From Eledone cirrhosa (taxonomy: Eukaryota), in contig OZ024742.1 of NCBI GenBank assembly GCA_964016885.1, positions 157,914,001-157,978,000 of the forward strand: a stretch of DNA of 64,000 bases, read 5' to 3'. The translations under genes were made by a program, and so were the position numbers. The notes under the pieces were generated by a model. It made no database searches. It saw only the letters and a list, made by a program, of their open reading frames with translations, and was not told the DNA's origin. Below are positions 1-12,926 of the stretch, one piece after another; the stretch's first letter is position 1, and each line of letters opens with the position of its first letter.

Positions 1-1
1 C

Positions 2-1096
2 CCACTAAAGAACAGTCAGGAACTAGAGAAAAACACAATGGAAAGCATCCAGCAAATAGCAAACTCCATCCACCAGAGCATTAGAGTTACTATAGACTAC
101 CCAAGAAGACACCCCAACCATCGATTACCTGTACTAGACACAGAGCTCTGGTTAGATACTATTAACAACCAAAAACAAATCCTCCATTCCCATTATGCCA
201 AACCCATGACTTCCAAACATCTGATCCACCGAAACTCGGCCATTTCGGACCATACCAAAATCAACATACTGATTGCGGATTTGGTACGGGTGATGAGAAA
301 TGTGTCCCGCATGTGCAACCCCGAAGAACTAGAGAGACACATACAACACTTCATCCACCGTATGCAGTTCTCTGGCTACAATCAGAGAGATAGAATCAGA
401 GTGTATAAAGGAGCCAGAACCAAATGGGAAAAAATGGTAAATAATGACATAAATGGGACCTGCCCCTTGTATAGGAGCAAATTTTGGAATAGAATAGAAA
501 GAACTAAGAACAAGGCCAATAGAATAAACTCATGGTATGATAGCAATAAATACCAGAGTGTAATGTTCATCAATACAACCCCTAGAGGCGAACTAGCCTA
601 CAAATTTAGAAGGGCCCTAAAGAAACATAACCTCAATATTAAGATAGTAGAAAGACCTGGTACCTCCGTAAAAACACTTATTAGCAAGACATACCCGTTC
701 CAAAGACCATCATGTATAGATAAGAAATGTATAACCTGTAAAATAAGCCCCCATATTAACTGTAAAACTAGAAATGTAGTATATAGCATAAGATGTACTG
801 AAGGACGATGTAGAAACAAAAATGTAGTGTACATAGGTGAGACAGCTCGTAGTATAGGGGAACGAATAAATGAACACTGGCGAGACCTCCAAGATAATAA
901 AGAATCATCTGTGCTCTACCAACATGCTAAGATAGAACACAGGGGTAAATTAGAGAGCATAGAAATAAAAATAGAATCCACACACAAGAAAGACGCAATG
1001 TTTAGGCAAATTACAGAGGCAGTAAGCATAAAAGAATTAAAACCAAAATTAAATAGAAAATATGAGTGGAACAGCAACATCACAACTTACAATTAA
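2..1096 (+). CDS. PLE polyprotein C-terminal part (RT thumb + GIY-YIG endonuclease), open to the window edge
   Basis: LPVLDT/HYAKPM thumb-like motifs, CxxxxCxxC linker, 'CKTRNVVYSIRC...YIGETARSIGERINEH...EAVSI...LNRKYEW' GIY-YIG; frame has no stop from position 2. Confidence 0.88.
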   Translation, partial: PLKNSQELEKNTMESIQQIANSIHQSIRVTIDYPRRHPNHRLPVLDTELWLDTINNQKQILHSHYAKPMTSKHLIHRNSAISDHTKINILIADLVRVMRNVSRMCNPEELERHIQHFIHRMQFSGYNQRDRIRVYKGARTKWEKMVNNDINGTCPLYRSKFWNRIERTKNKANRINSWYDSNKYQSVMFINTTPRGELAYKFRRALKKHNLNIKIVERPGTSVKTLISKTYPFQRPSCIDKKCITCKISPHINCKTRNVVYSIRCTEGRCRNKNVVYIGETARSIGERINEHWRDLQDNKESSVLYQHAKIEHRGKLESIEIKIESTHKKDAMFRQITEAVSIKELKPKLNRKYEWNSNITTYN

Positions 1097-1379
1097 GGAC
1101 AAAATGAAAACACACACACACATCGAACAAACAACTTACAATTGAAAACACACACAAAATGAAAACACACACACACATAGAACAAACAACCAACCAACAA
1201 TAAATAAATAAATAAACAAACAAATAAAAAAATATAAATAGAAAAATAGAAAAATGAACACAAACACACACAGACACCCGGATGTGGCGCATGCGCAAAC
1301 TGAGCACGCAACCCACACACAAACAAAATGGCGTAGGATAGAAGAAAGGAAAGGCACAGAAACGAAGAAAGAAATCCCC

Positions 1380-1424
1380 AGTCACTGAAGAGGTCACAGA
1401 GTGTGTGACGAAAGAACTATGACT
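1380..1424 (+). ncRNA. Minimal type I hammerhead ribozyme in PLE 3' pseudo-LTR
   Basis: Stem I agtca/tgact, core CTGAAGA, stem II gtcac/gtgac, GAAA, 2-bp stem III, CUA cleavage triplet. Confidence 0.8.
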
Positions 1425-1637
1425 ATATATATATAAACAACTATCTGGTTGTGGAACCAACCAACCAATCAGAAATTTATAAATTTATAAATTTATAAAT
1501 ATTTAATAAATTAAATTGAAGTGAAAGCAACTGGTGCGTGTGTTTCTTATTGGCAACATGACCCTCCCAAAGTATAACAATATCGGTTTCAACACACGAT
1601 TTCAGATAAAGAATCTTGCTAAACAAATTCAGAAACG

Positions 1638-1715
<78 letters not shown>

Positions 1716-2716
1716 TAAAATAACAGATTAAAGTTTAAGCAAAGAATCGCTGCTTTCACCCTTAACGGGATCTTCTGAAACTAACAAAGTCAATCTGTAA
1801 ACGCAGAACTGGATATTTCAAAAAACGTTGCAACCGGAGGAAGACAGGAAGACGATACTTTGGTTCGTGGTAACGTTCGCTGGCAAAGAACGGGAAAAAA
1901 CGAATATAATACGTCATTAATAGGAGCGGTGAAAAACAATTACGCGCAAAGACAGAACCACGTTTATGGTATAAAAGAGGTCGTAGACTAATGTTCTCTT
2001 AGGTGGTGCATAGAGACGTTCTCTGGCAATGAACGAAAAAAACGAAGATAATACGTCATATGTTGAACGTGGAGAACAATAGCATGCAAAAACAAAACCA
2101 CGTAAATGCTTTAGCAGAAGTCGTAGGCTAAATTCTAACTAGGAGACCGAATGAATCTCCGCTACGGAGTTAAGAACAAAGTAAATAAATACAATACAGA
2201 AGTAATAGAAATAAATAAATACATACACGCAAACAAAAACGTACATACACAAGCATACGCAAAAACTTACTATAGGTAAACAAAACCACGCACATATAAA
2301 TATGTGTGTGTGTGTATAAGCGTGTATACAAATAAATAAATAATTATATAAACGTATATAAATAAATAAATACGTATATAACAAGCGTACACACATACCT
2401 ACAAGTAAATACACGAATGTTCGGAGACGTAAGTCAACCAAAACATGAAGTACACATATACACACGCCCTACATACGTACGAACCTGCATACTCACAGAG
2501 ACGCAAAACTCCCGTATACACATAGCCAAACCATATGTACCAGAATATATTAAAAAATTATACGCCATAACAATCAAATATACGTACGAGAAGGTATACG
2601 TACCTTCACAAAAAATACGGATAATATATACTTACCTATGCAAATAAGTAAAGGTATAAACAAAACATATACTTAGCTCCCACATCGAGACGTAAAAAAT
2701 CCACGTATAAATCGTA

Positions 2717-2862
2717 CTATCCGTTATGGTATAACGTGGGGCTGTAATACAGGAAAGTTTTGTGCAATTTATGTTTACAAGCCGAAATTGCCTCAGATTT
2801 TTTGTTTAAGATGTGGTCTGTGGCGTAGAGTATTTCCAGGGCCTCAGCGGCGCAGAGGTCAC
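2717..2862 (-). pseudogene. C-terminus of a Hydra-type PLE GIY-YIG endonuclease
   Basis: CDLCAAEALEIL...ILNKKSEAISACKHK matches the CxLC..E..I...LNKxSE...CxH ending also seen near 30970-31070 and 55470-55560. Confidence 0.7.
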
Positions 2863-3162
2863 ATTGTTCTCCACGCTCCACATATGACGTATTATCTTCG
2901 TTTGTTTCGTTCATTGCCAGAGAACGTCTATATGCACCACCTAAGAGAACATTAGTCTACGACCTCTTTTATACCATAAACGTGGTTCTCTCTTAGCGCG
3001 TAATTGTTTTTCACCTCTCCTATTAATGACGTATTATATTCGTTTTTTCCCGTTCTTAGCCAGCGAACGTTTCCACGAACCAAAGTATCGTCTTCCTATC
3101 TTCCTCCGGTTGCAATTTATTTTTGAAATATCCAGTTCTGCGTTTACAGATTGACTTTGTTA

Positions 3163-3211
3163 GTTTCAGAAGATCCCGTTAAGGGTGAAAGCAGCGATTC
3201 TTTGCTTAAAC
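3163..3211 (+). ncRNA. Hammerhead-like motif with variant core CAGAAGA (family A)
   Basis: Stem I gttt/aaac, CAGAAGA, stem II ccc/ggg, GAAA, stem III gca/tgc, CUU triplet. Confidence 0.55.
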
Positions 3212-3321
3212 GTTAATCTATTATTTTAATAAATATTTGCTCTACGGTTCTTATATATTTGATATATATTTATCCTTATCGAGCCCTCTTTGGATTTTAG
3301 TCTTCAAATTTATTATTATTA

Positions 3322-4979
<1,658 letters not shown>

Positions 4980-5388
4980 GAGAGAGAGAGAGATTAATTT
5001 ATTATCGATAGGTACTGAGTGTTGTTACACTCACAGGATCTTATGATAGTATGTTTAAACTCCAGTACTGTTTAGCCATAACAAATGGATATTTAAAATC
5101 TACTTCAATATCGAGTAATCTTGCTTCTCGCCTGTCAACTATATACTAAATCTATTGGAAGATATTGTATTTAGTATAGTTAAAATTTCCTGCAGTTAAC
5201 TTGTATGCATGACCTTAGCTTTTATTTTCCAGTTAGGGCCATAATTCGATAGTGGAGGAACCGTTTTATCCTGTCACCTGATGAAAGACCAGTTTGGAAA
5301 CGACTTCTCTACCACACAGTGGTAGCCATAACTGGACCCTGAAACCTAAGGTCGTGCACACAAGGTAAATGATGAAATTTTAAATATG

Positions 5389-5434
<46 letters not shown>

Positions 5435-5672
5435 GCTTAGTTGACTGTATCTAGGCGATTACGCTGTCTATATATTCGATAAATATTCCACTACAGCCGA
5501 CGCGAAGCGCTAGTTTTGGTTATTTGTTGGAGATTCCTTCATAGAAGCCTCATTCGTATAGCCTGGTCTATTCGATTTTTTATATAGTTAATTATGCTAA
5601 TTGGGAGAGGAAATAGTATATATTTTATCTTGTGATTCTATAGACATGTTTTATTATATATACATATATATG

Positions 5673-5818
<146 letters not shown>

Positions 5819-5861
5819 ATACAATAACAGATATAGTTTAAAGCTAAACTATATATATATA

Positions 5862-5907
<46 letters not shown>

Positions 5908-6030
5908 TAATTCAAAATATTAACAAAATAGATATTCTTGTGATAGTATATTTTATTATACATATTTCCGAGGTACTGAGTTAACTGAATCTTAACCATC
6001 TACTATGTCAGGGTATGTCATGCATTATCT

Positions 6031-6097
6031 TATTTTATCTGATGAGGACGTACTGTTGAAGTTAACTCAGTACCTCTGAAATATGTATAATAAAATA
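6031..6097 (+). ncRNA. Hammerhead ribozyme, unit 1
   Basis: Stem I tattttat/ataaaata, CTGATGA at 6039, stem II gtactg/cagtac, GAAA at 6078, 2-bp stem III, AUA triplet. Confidence 0.8.
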
Positions 6098-6195
6098 TAC
6101 TTGATCACAAGTATATTTTATTATACATATTTCAGAGGTACTGAGTTAACTGAATCTTAACCATCTACTATGTCAGAGTATGTCATGCATTATTT

Positions 6196-6262
6196 TATTT
6201 TATCTGATGAGGACGTACTGTTGAAGTTAACTCAGTACCTCTGAAATATGTATAATAAAATA
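6196..6262 (+). ncRNA. Hammerhead ribozyme, unit 2
   Basis: Same fold, CTGATGA at 6204 and GAAA at 6243, 165 nt downstream of unit 1. Confidence 0.8.
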
Positions 6263-6427
6263 TACTTGATCACAAGTATATCCATTTTGTTAATATTTTG
6301 AATTAAAATTTAATATTAATAACTCTGGAAAACCATAACTGTTGAGTGCTTCCAATCTATTGTAAAAATCATTCTTTGATTTATTCATTGAACCTTGTTT
6401 AACTTATATATATATATATATATATAT

Positions 6428-7100
6428 TAGGATTGGTGCTCTGAAATAGCGATGTATACATGAATGCAAGTATAGTATATTTGGCAATATACAGTATGTT
6501 TAATTAAAAACATTTTGAAGAACTTGCGCTATCACTTTTAAAGTAGTGACTATGTCACTTACTTCTTTTTTCGACAAAAGAAGGGAGAGAAGCTAACAGA
6601 ATCTGTTGACGATCCAAATTATAGAGTCTTGATTCTTATAGAATTGCAGTAATAATCAGGAGCTTATTATACAGAGCGATTGCCGGGCCAGCAAAATTTA
6701 AATATTAGGATAGGTGCTCTGAAATAGCGATGTATACATGAAAGTATGTATAGTATATTTGGCAATATACCGTATGTTAAATTAAAACATTCTGAAGACC
6801 TTGGGCTATCATTTTTAAAGTAGTGACTATGTCACTTACTTCTTTTTTCGGCAATCGCTCTGTATAATCAGCTCCTGATTATTACTGGAATTCTATAAGA
6901 ATGCAGCCTCTACAATTGTCAGCAAAAGTTGCTCTGAGGATCGCCAACACCGTGAAACAGACTCTGTTAGCTTCTCTCCCTTCTTTTGCCGAAAAAAGAA
7001 ATGACATAGTCACTACTTTAAAAAAGATAGCGCAATGTCTTAAAAATGTTTTTAATTAAACATACGGTATATTGTCAAATATACTATACATACATTCATA
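6428..7100. mobile_element. MITE-like/fold-back repeat (family B)
   Basis: ~6450-6610 is inverted at ~6955-7100, with an internal direct copy at ~6706-6850; relatives at ~23770-24260 and ~34735-35128; non-coding, TA-flanked. Confidence 0.6.
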
Positions 7101-8178
7101 TATATATGTGTGTGTGTGTGTATATACATATATATATATGTATGTATGCATGTATATATATATGTATTTTCGTTGTTGTGGTGGATTGTGTGGCTTTGTC
7201 CCCTTAACCACAGTTTTCATTTTATTACACCATTTAACGTATGTTTATTACTCTAAGATGAAACTTATCGATTTATCGATATCCTCTTTTTGAGTGCTTC
7301 GTGCAAAGCTCTGAATATTGTTTCTTTGGTGGATGCTGGTCGAGCGCCACAACTTCGATTTTACTATTTCCACTGTATATATATATATGTGTGTGTGTGT
7401 GTGTATCTGTGTTTGTGTATTTATATATATATATATATAACATTTACATATATATTTCCTCTGTAGTCTTTTTTAATAGCGTCATGTGATCACATTTATA
7501 CTTTTTAATTCTCGACTGAATCTTAACAATAACATCACTAACACCCAGCTTATGTTGTCAATTATTCTTCTATAGTAAATGACCTTTCAGTTTTCTCACG
7601 TTCTTAACAGGAAAACAAAACTCAATAATTTACATTTCTTAATGATCAATTATCTCCGCCTATCCAATATATTAACCCTAACACAGAAATGATTTCCGAA
7701 ATTCGATAAGAGTAAGTAAATTCTTCGGTTACAATTTTTAGCCTATACTTTATGTTTATAAAAAAAATTATTATATGGTAACTTCGATATCCAAGAGAAA
7801 TATATTTTTCGTAATGAACATTTTATTTTTCTCTCTTTTGTTCTGTATGTCTGCCACAGTGTCAGTCGAGAATGCCAGACTGAGCTGTTTCAAGATTAAT
7901 TAATCTTTTATCAGTGTTTTTCCCTCAGTCGGTACTGGGATTAAATAGACTAGAGTCAATATAATGTTTGTGTAATGAACATTTGCTTGTGATGGTCATT
8001 TACATATAGCAAAGAGAAAACATGGGCTGGTTATAATTAATTGACAGCAGCAATGTCTGGCTTTCTGGACTGATACAGATATTCTGTGACGTGTTTACGG
8101 AACAAAGTAGTAAAAGAAAATTATTCTTTTCGAATAAATGTGTCTTTGATAGCGTTGTTACGATATATTTATTGTATA

Positions 8179-9393
8179 CTAGCAGTAAAGCCCGGTGTTG
8201 CTCGGGGTCGCTCAGTAGCTGTGTTAAAGTTACAATGTTAAGTTTCTTTTTTGGCTTAAAAACTGTAGTGTCTACTGTGCAGACTTGCATGTGGTGTTTT
8301 TGATTAATATTCCCTCAACCAACAATATGCCTTATGAAGTTAAGAAAACATAACGATAACCCGAATGTTATAACAAAAGAGGATGCTGGGGATAAAAACT
8401 GCACTGGTTATTTATTAACAAATATCGAAAATGTAAACACTGCAACGCAGAGAAAAACATTAGCGTAACCAAATGATCAGTTATGTCTGTCTGCACGCCT
8501 ATATCACCTCTCTGCACGACTGTCTGTCTGCACGCCTATATCACCTCTCTGCACGACTATCTGTCTGCACGCCTATATCAACTCTCTGCACGACTGTCTG
8601 TCTGCACGCCTATATCACCTCTCTGCACGACTGTCTGTCTGCACGCCTATATCACCTCTCTGCACGACTGTATGTCTGCACGCCTATATCACCTCTCTGA
8701 ACGACTGTCTGTCTGCACGACTGTCTGTCTGCACGCCTAACGAAATTTACAGATACATATATTTTAAATAAACTTATATAATTTTTGCTTTTTTTTTACG
8801 AAATATTTGCTTGTTTTACGTAGTCTTTAAATAGACTTGTTTTCAAGTAAAAATATTGTTTTAAAAGGCTTTTAAATGGAAATGAAGCAAAACGAAGCTT
8901 AGTGTTCGAACTGATGAATTTTGCAGGTCAAAATTTTGCTGGCTCGACAACTGTTCGTGTATTGTGTTAATGTCATTTTAAACGCTGAGAAAGCCAGCGT
9001 AATTTTTTTAATTTTTGCCAGCGTAATTTTTTTAATTTTTGCACGCAGAAAATGTAAACAGAACGTAAGACGCTACGCTGAATGTAAACAGAACAAAGGG
9101 AAATCATTTTTTTAATTTTTGCACGCAGAAAATGTAAAGAGAACGTAAGACGCTACGCTGAATGTAAACAGAACAAAGGGAAATAACTCATCACTTACGC
9201 TCAAAAATCGATACATTATATTCGATTTCGTCAGATAGGGCGGGTCAATTTGAAATATTTTTTTTCCGATGTCTTCGCTAGGGCTCAATGTACAAGTATA
9301 GCAATTTCGGTGCAATTCCGTGAGAGATTCTAAGAGGAGATGTGTGCCAAAAATCGATAGACAGACAGACAACCTCAGTTTTATATATATAGA
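8179..9393 (-). mobile_element. Non-autonomous Helitron
   Basis: Minus strand starts TC (9393), ends CTAG (8179) after a GC hairpin (8191-8206), inserted between A and T. Confidence 0.75.
8484..8738 (+). repeat. 37-bp minisatellite, ~6.5 copies, inside the Helitron
   Basis: tgtctgtctgcacgcctatatcacctctctgcacgac at 8484, 8521, 8558, 8595, 8632, 8669. Confidence 0.95.
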
Positions 9394-9722
9394 TAAGAGT
9401 AGAGTGTGTGCTTTCATACACATCCCTATTACGCGTAAACGCCGTCTTAATGCTACTACTAATATATAATATGTTAATGCTGTATTAAATAATCTGTTCT
9501 TAGCATAAACCTCATAAGCTGCTGCACCTGCTTCATCATATATTCTTAATAACCGTTCTTTAGATTTAGTATATGTTTTTGAACAGATATTTATGTATAT
9601 TATCTCAGGTGTAATAATAATGAGAATTATACGCTGCAATAGTATTACAATCAGTGAACGTATTTATTTAAATGCTTATAAATAAATACATACATATTTA
9701 ACCAACACTACTTCAATATATA

Positions 9723-10080
9723 TGAGATGCGTGCCTGAAATTTTCAGACTGTTTCGAGAGAGACATTTATTAATAGCTTTAAATTACGATCTTATAGTTT
9801 CAATACAATTGTGGTAGTGCTTCAGCCACTTCGTGAAGGCACTACTGAAGTTCTTGAAAGGGGCTAGCCCCTTTGTCACAGCATCTTTCATCTTCTCATT
9901 GTCTTCAAATATGTCTTAGGTACTCCTTCATGTTGGCGCACAACCAAACATCACAGAGAGCAAGGAGGCCGGAACTTTACTAACGGTCATGAACAGTGTT
10001 GATCCCCATCCCTGACAAGTAGTTAGTCATGAGGATGGATATGAGCAGTGTTGCATTGTACTGATGCATGTGACACCGAC
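9723..10080 (-). pseudogene. Degenerate Tc1/mariner transposase C-terminus
   Basis: Hand translation across frameshifts: HQYNA...YLSGMGINTVH...LALCDVWLCANMKEYL...FEDNEKMKDAVT...AFTKWLKHYHNCIE, like mariner HQDNA...SPDLAPCDFWLF...KW..RY.KC. Confidence 0.65.
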
Positions 10081-10135
10081 CCGAGCTGACGAGCTATAGA
10101 CTTTTGCCACGAGATAATTTCCTGAACTCACCATC

Positions 10136-10465
10136 AAATCCCGCGGAGGGTAACTTTGCCTTTCATCCTTACGGGGTCGGTAAAATAAAACACCAGTAAA
10201 ACAATGGGATAATTGCTTCCCTTGTACCAAAGTTAGAAACAATTATTATTATTATTAGGTCGGTTGATGGCAGTATCGGTAGAGTCGGACACCATGCTTT
10301 GCAGCATAGAGTTACGGTACTTTACGGTCTGAGTTCAAATCACGCTGAGATTAACTTTGCCTTTTATCCTTACGGGGTCGATAAAATAAAGTATCAGTAA
10401 TGCACTGGGGTAATTGCTGGTCTAGTGCTAAAAGTAGAAATAATTATTATTTTTATTATTATTAT
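10136..10465 (+). mobile_element. Two tandem tRNA-derived Nin-domain SINE copies (first partial)
   Basis: B-box gagttcaaatc, gcctttcatccttacggggtcgataaaataaagtaccagt core, (ATT)n tail. Confidence 0.8.
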
Positions 10466-10772
10466 ACCTTTTGACCAAGAATGAAAATCCTGAACGTATA
10501 AAATATTCAAAATCGTTTAAAAAGTCGTTCTTTGATCATTTAAATAATTTGTAAATCTTGCTAAGTGTAATAAGAACAACGGACGTAGTTCATAGTGGAA
10601 ATATAAAAGATATTCAACAAAATATAAATCAAAAAAGCCAAGTAGAAAAAGAATAAAATAAATGATGAACTGAATGTGATTGCTCCAGAACAATGCAATA
10701 ACCGCAGGTGAAAATTTGGCAAAAGTTTATTGTAGAATTCATATGAGATAGAGGATAATATGGACAACAGCA

Positions 10773-10827
<55 letters not shown>

Positions 10828-11904
10828 ATGTGGGGGGAGCGTGCATATGAGAGAGAAAGAGAGCAGAGAGAAAAGCGGAGTAGAGACGGTAAGGACAAAA
10901 ACATTTCTTTTTTGTTTGTTTGCCGGGCAATTTAAAATTAACATGTAAAATATGAGGTGCTTTATGCAATTCTATTGATTTCTAAGCCCAGTTTTCAGCC
11001 CCTTTTAATCCTTTTCGTTGCAATAGATGAAACGTCAATACACGGATTATAATTTTATGTCAAATGAATAGCTAAGTACAATAACCATGTTTTTGATTTT
11101 TACTCTGGCTTCTACTACTGCTATTTTTTTTGTGTTATAATATAATGAAGATGCCGATGTTTATTCACTCCGTGTTTCATTGTAGGATTGTATGATTTGG
11201 TTAGTGCATATTGAGTAATTAAATCCATTCCCTTGATGCAATATTTATTACAATATCTGTTACTGGGTTTGTTTGATCATTTGTGATACTATTCGAGGTA
11301 TGTGTATTAACGGTTTCTATTGTTACTTGTGTTTACCTTCTTACTAGGTTTGGAGGTTGGGGGTGAGTATTTATTACTTTCCCATATACCGTCTTTCCCC
11401 ACGGCAATAAATTCGGTCTCACGTCCGGTGCTACGTTTTATCTGGCCTCTCCTATACTTATCTCGATTCACAGTATACTTAATTGTGTCACTGAAATACG
11501 TTAACGTTGAAAAACGTTTTTTTTTCATATAACCTGATTTTTCACTGCAATATATACATGAAAATATAAAATGCCGGCATTTTATCTTTTCAGGAATCCC
11601 CCCTACACTCTAGTGCAAAGATACCGCACGTCCTCTCAAGTCAACGGGGAGGGGTTAACGTGCTGTGATGTTGGGTTTGAATAGTTCTTAGGATACCCCA
11701 GTCCAGCAGCCAGTACGTTAAAGAAAATTGATAGTTACAACAATAAAGGCTGAACAGAGAACAAATCGTTTAACAAACAATAATTTGTACCATGTTAATG
11801 GAAATTCCAAGTAACAGAAAATATTTAAATTACATTGTTACAGCCTCAGAGTGTAAAATTTTTTTTTTCGGCCCTCCGTAGCAAAGATGAAGAGAGCATC
11901 CTAC

Positions 11905-12400
11905 ATACAATGGACTATGGGAGAATCACTGATCTCGTAGCTCGTCTCGGGGAGGAGATCTGTAGACGTTGACCACTGGACACTCCTGTCAGGAGTAGGT
12001 AAGCTGTAGTGACTTAGAGGCCTACCACCAATCTCCAGGACACTGTTTTCAAGACAAATGAGCGCCTCATTGAAAACGAAATCGTATGTTACGTTCGGAT
12101 TGTGTCTGCATGTGCGGTGGAGGATGTCCTCAGCTAGACTTTCGCAGTGGTTGTTCCACATTGCGAGAGGGTCGGCAAGATCGCAGTTGTGCAGCATAAT
12201 AGCAAACAATTTTCGCAGCTGAGAAGGGACTTTAGCAGTTGCTGCTTTTTGCAGGGGGAGGTGCCAATGGCTGTCATCGTGTAACATACCACGCATCTGC
12301 AAGCCAAACGGTAAGTGGAACATTGATGGCCATTGATGGTTCTCAGATCTTGGAAAGACGGTGGTCCTCTAACCTCGAACAGTAACAATGACGATAAGCC
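11905..12400 (-). pseudogene. Helitron Rep/helicase fragment, frameshifted
   Basis: LLLFEVRGPPSFQDLRTING...TYRLAC / GMLHDDSHW...PSQLRKLFAIML.....PLAMWNNHCESLAEDIL. Confidence 0.85.
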
Positions 12401-12858
12401 GTCTGTGCTTTCGTGAAATAAATAGGTTTTTGTTTTTGTGTATGCAAAAATATCTGTACACACATATATACATTAAAATAACAGAGTAAAGTGTAAGCAA
12501 AGAATCGCTGTTTTAACCTTAACGGGATCTTCTGAAACTAAAAGAACGCAGGAGTAAATATTTCAAAAAACGTTATCTAATGCAGTCAGTCAGACATACA
12601 GACTAAGGAAAAGAGGAGAATGTGTGCGACGTCATAAGAAAAAGTGAGGAATGACGTATAACTGGAAGTGTTGACAGTTGAAATTTTAAAGAAGTGAGCA
12701 TTTAAATAATGTCTTTAATCTTTTAAGAAAATGCAGTCGACAAAAATACGCTCACGTTTTTACTTGGAAAAAGTTACATCTATGGTGCAAAGTTGGTGTT
12801 GTTTGGTCCCGCCGTTTGGCGGAAAGTTTGTTACCTACATACGGCCGTCAGCGTTGTA

Positions 12859-12924
<66 letters not shown>

Positions 12925-12926
<2 letters not shown>

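Larger units (their letters stand above)
5901..6405 (+). mobile_element. Non-coding tandem hammerhead dimer / fold-back element derived from the terminus of the 52697-58354 PLE family
   Basis: Two 165-nt units each with an HHR, 44-bp hairpin at 6060-6151, (TA)n on both sides, sequence shared with 52697-52860 and 58200-58354. Confidence 0.85.

Noticed and set aside
5270-5312. CTGATGA...GAAAC possible hammerhead
   Set aside because: Could not form convincing stems I and II
7825-7905. Polypyrimidine tract + CAG as a host exon acceptor
   Set aside because: All frames stop quickly; no donor or recognisable protein
8484-8738. CRISPR-like 37-bp periodicity
   Set aside because: Head-to-tail repeats with no unique spacers, no cas genes, eukaryotic context
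10258-10345. tRNA gene
   Set aside because: A/B-box-like head belongs to a repeated SINE
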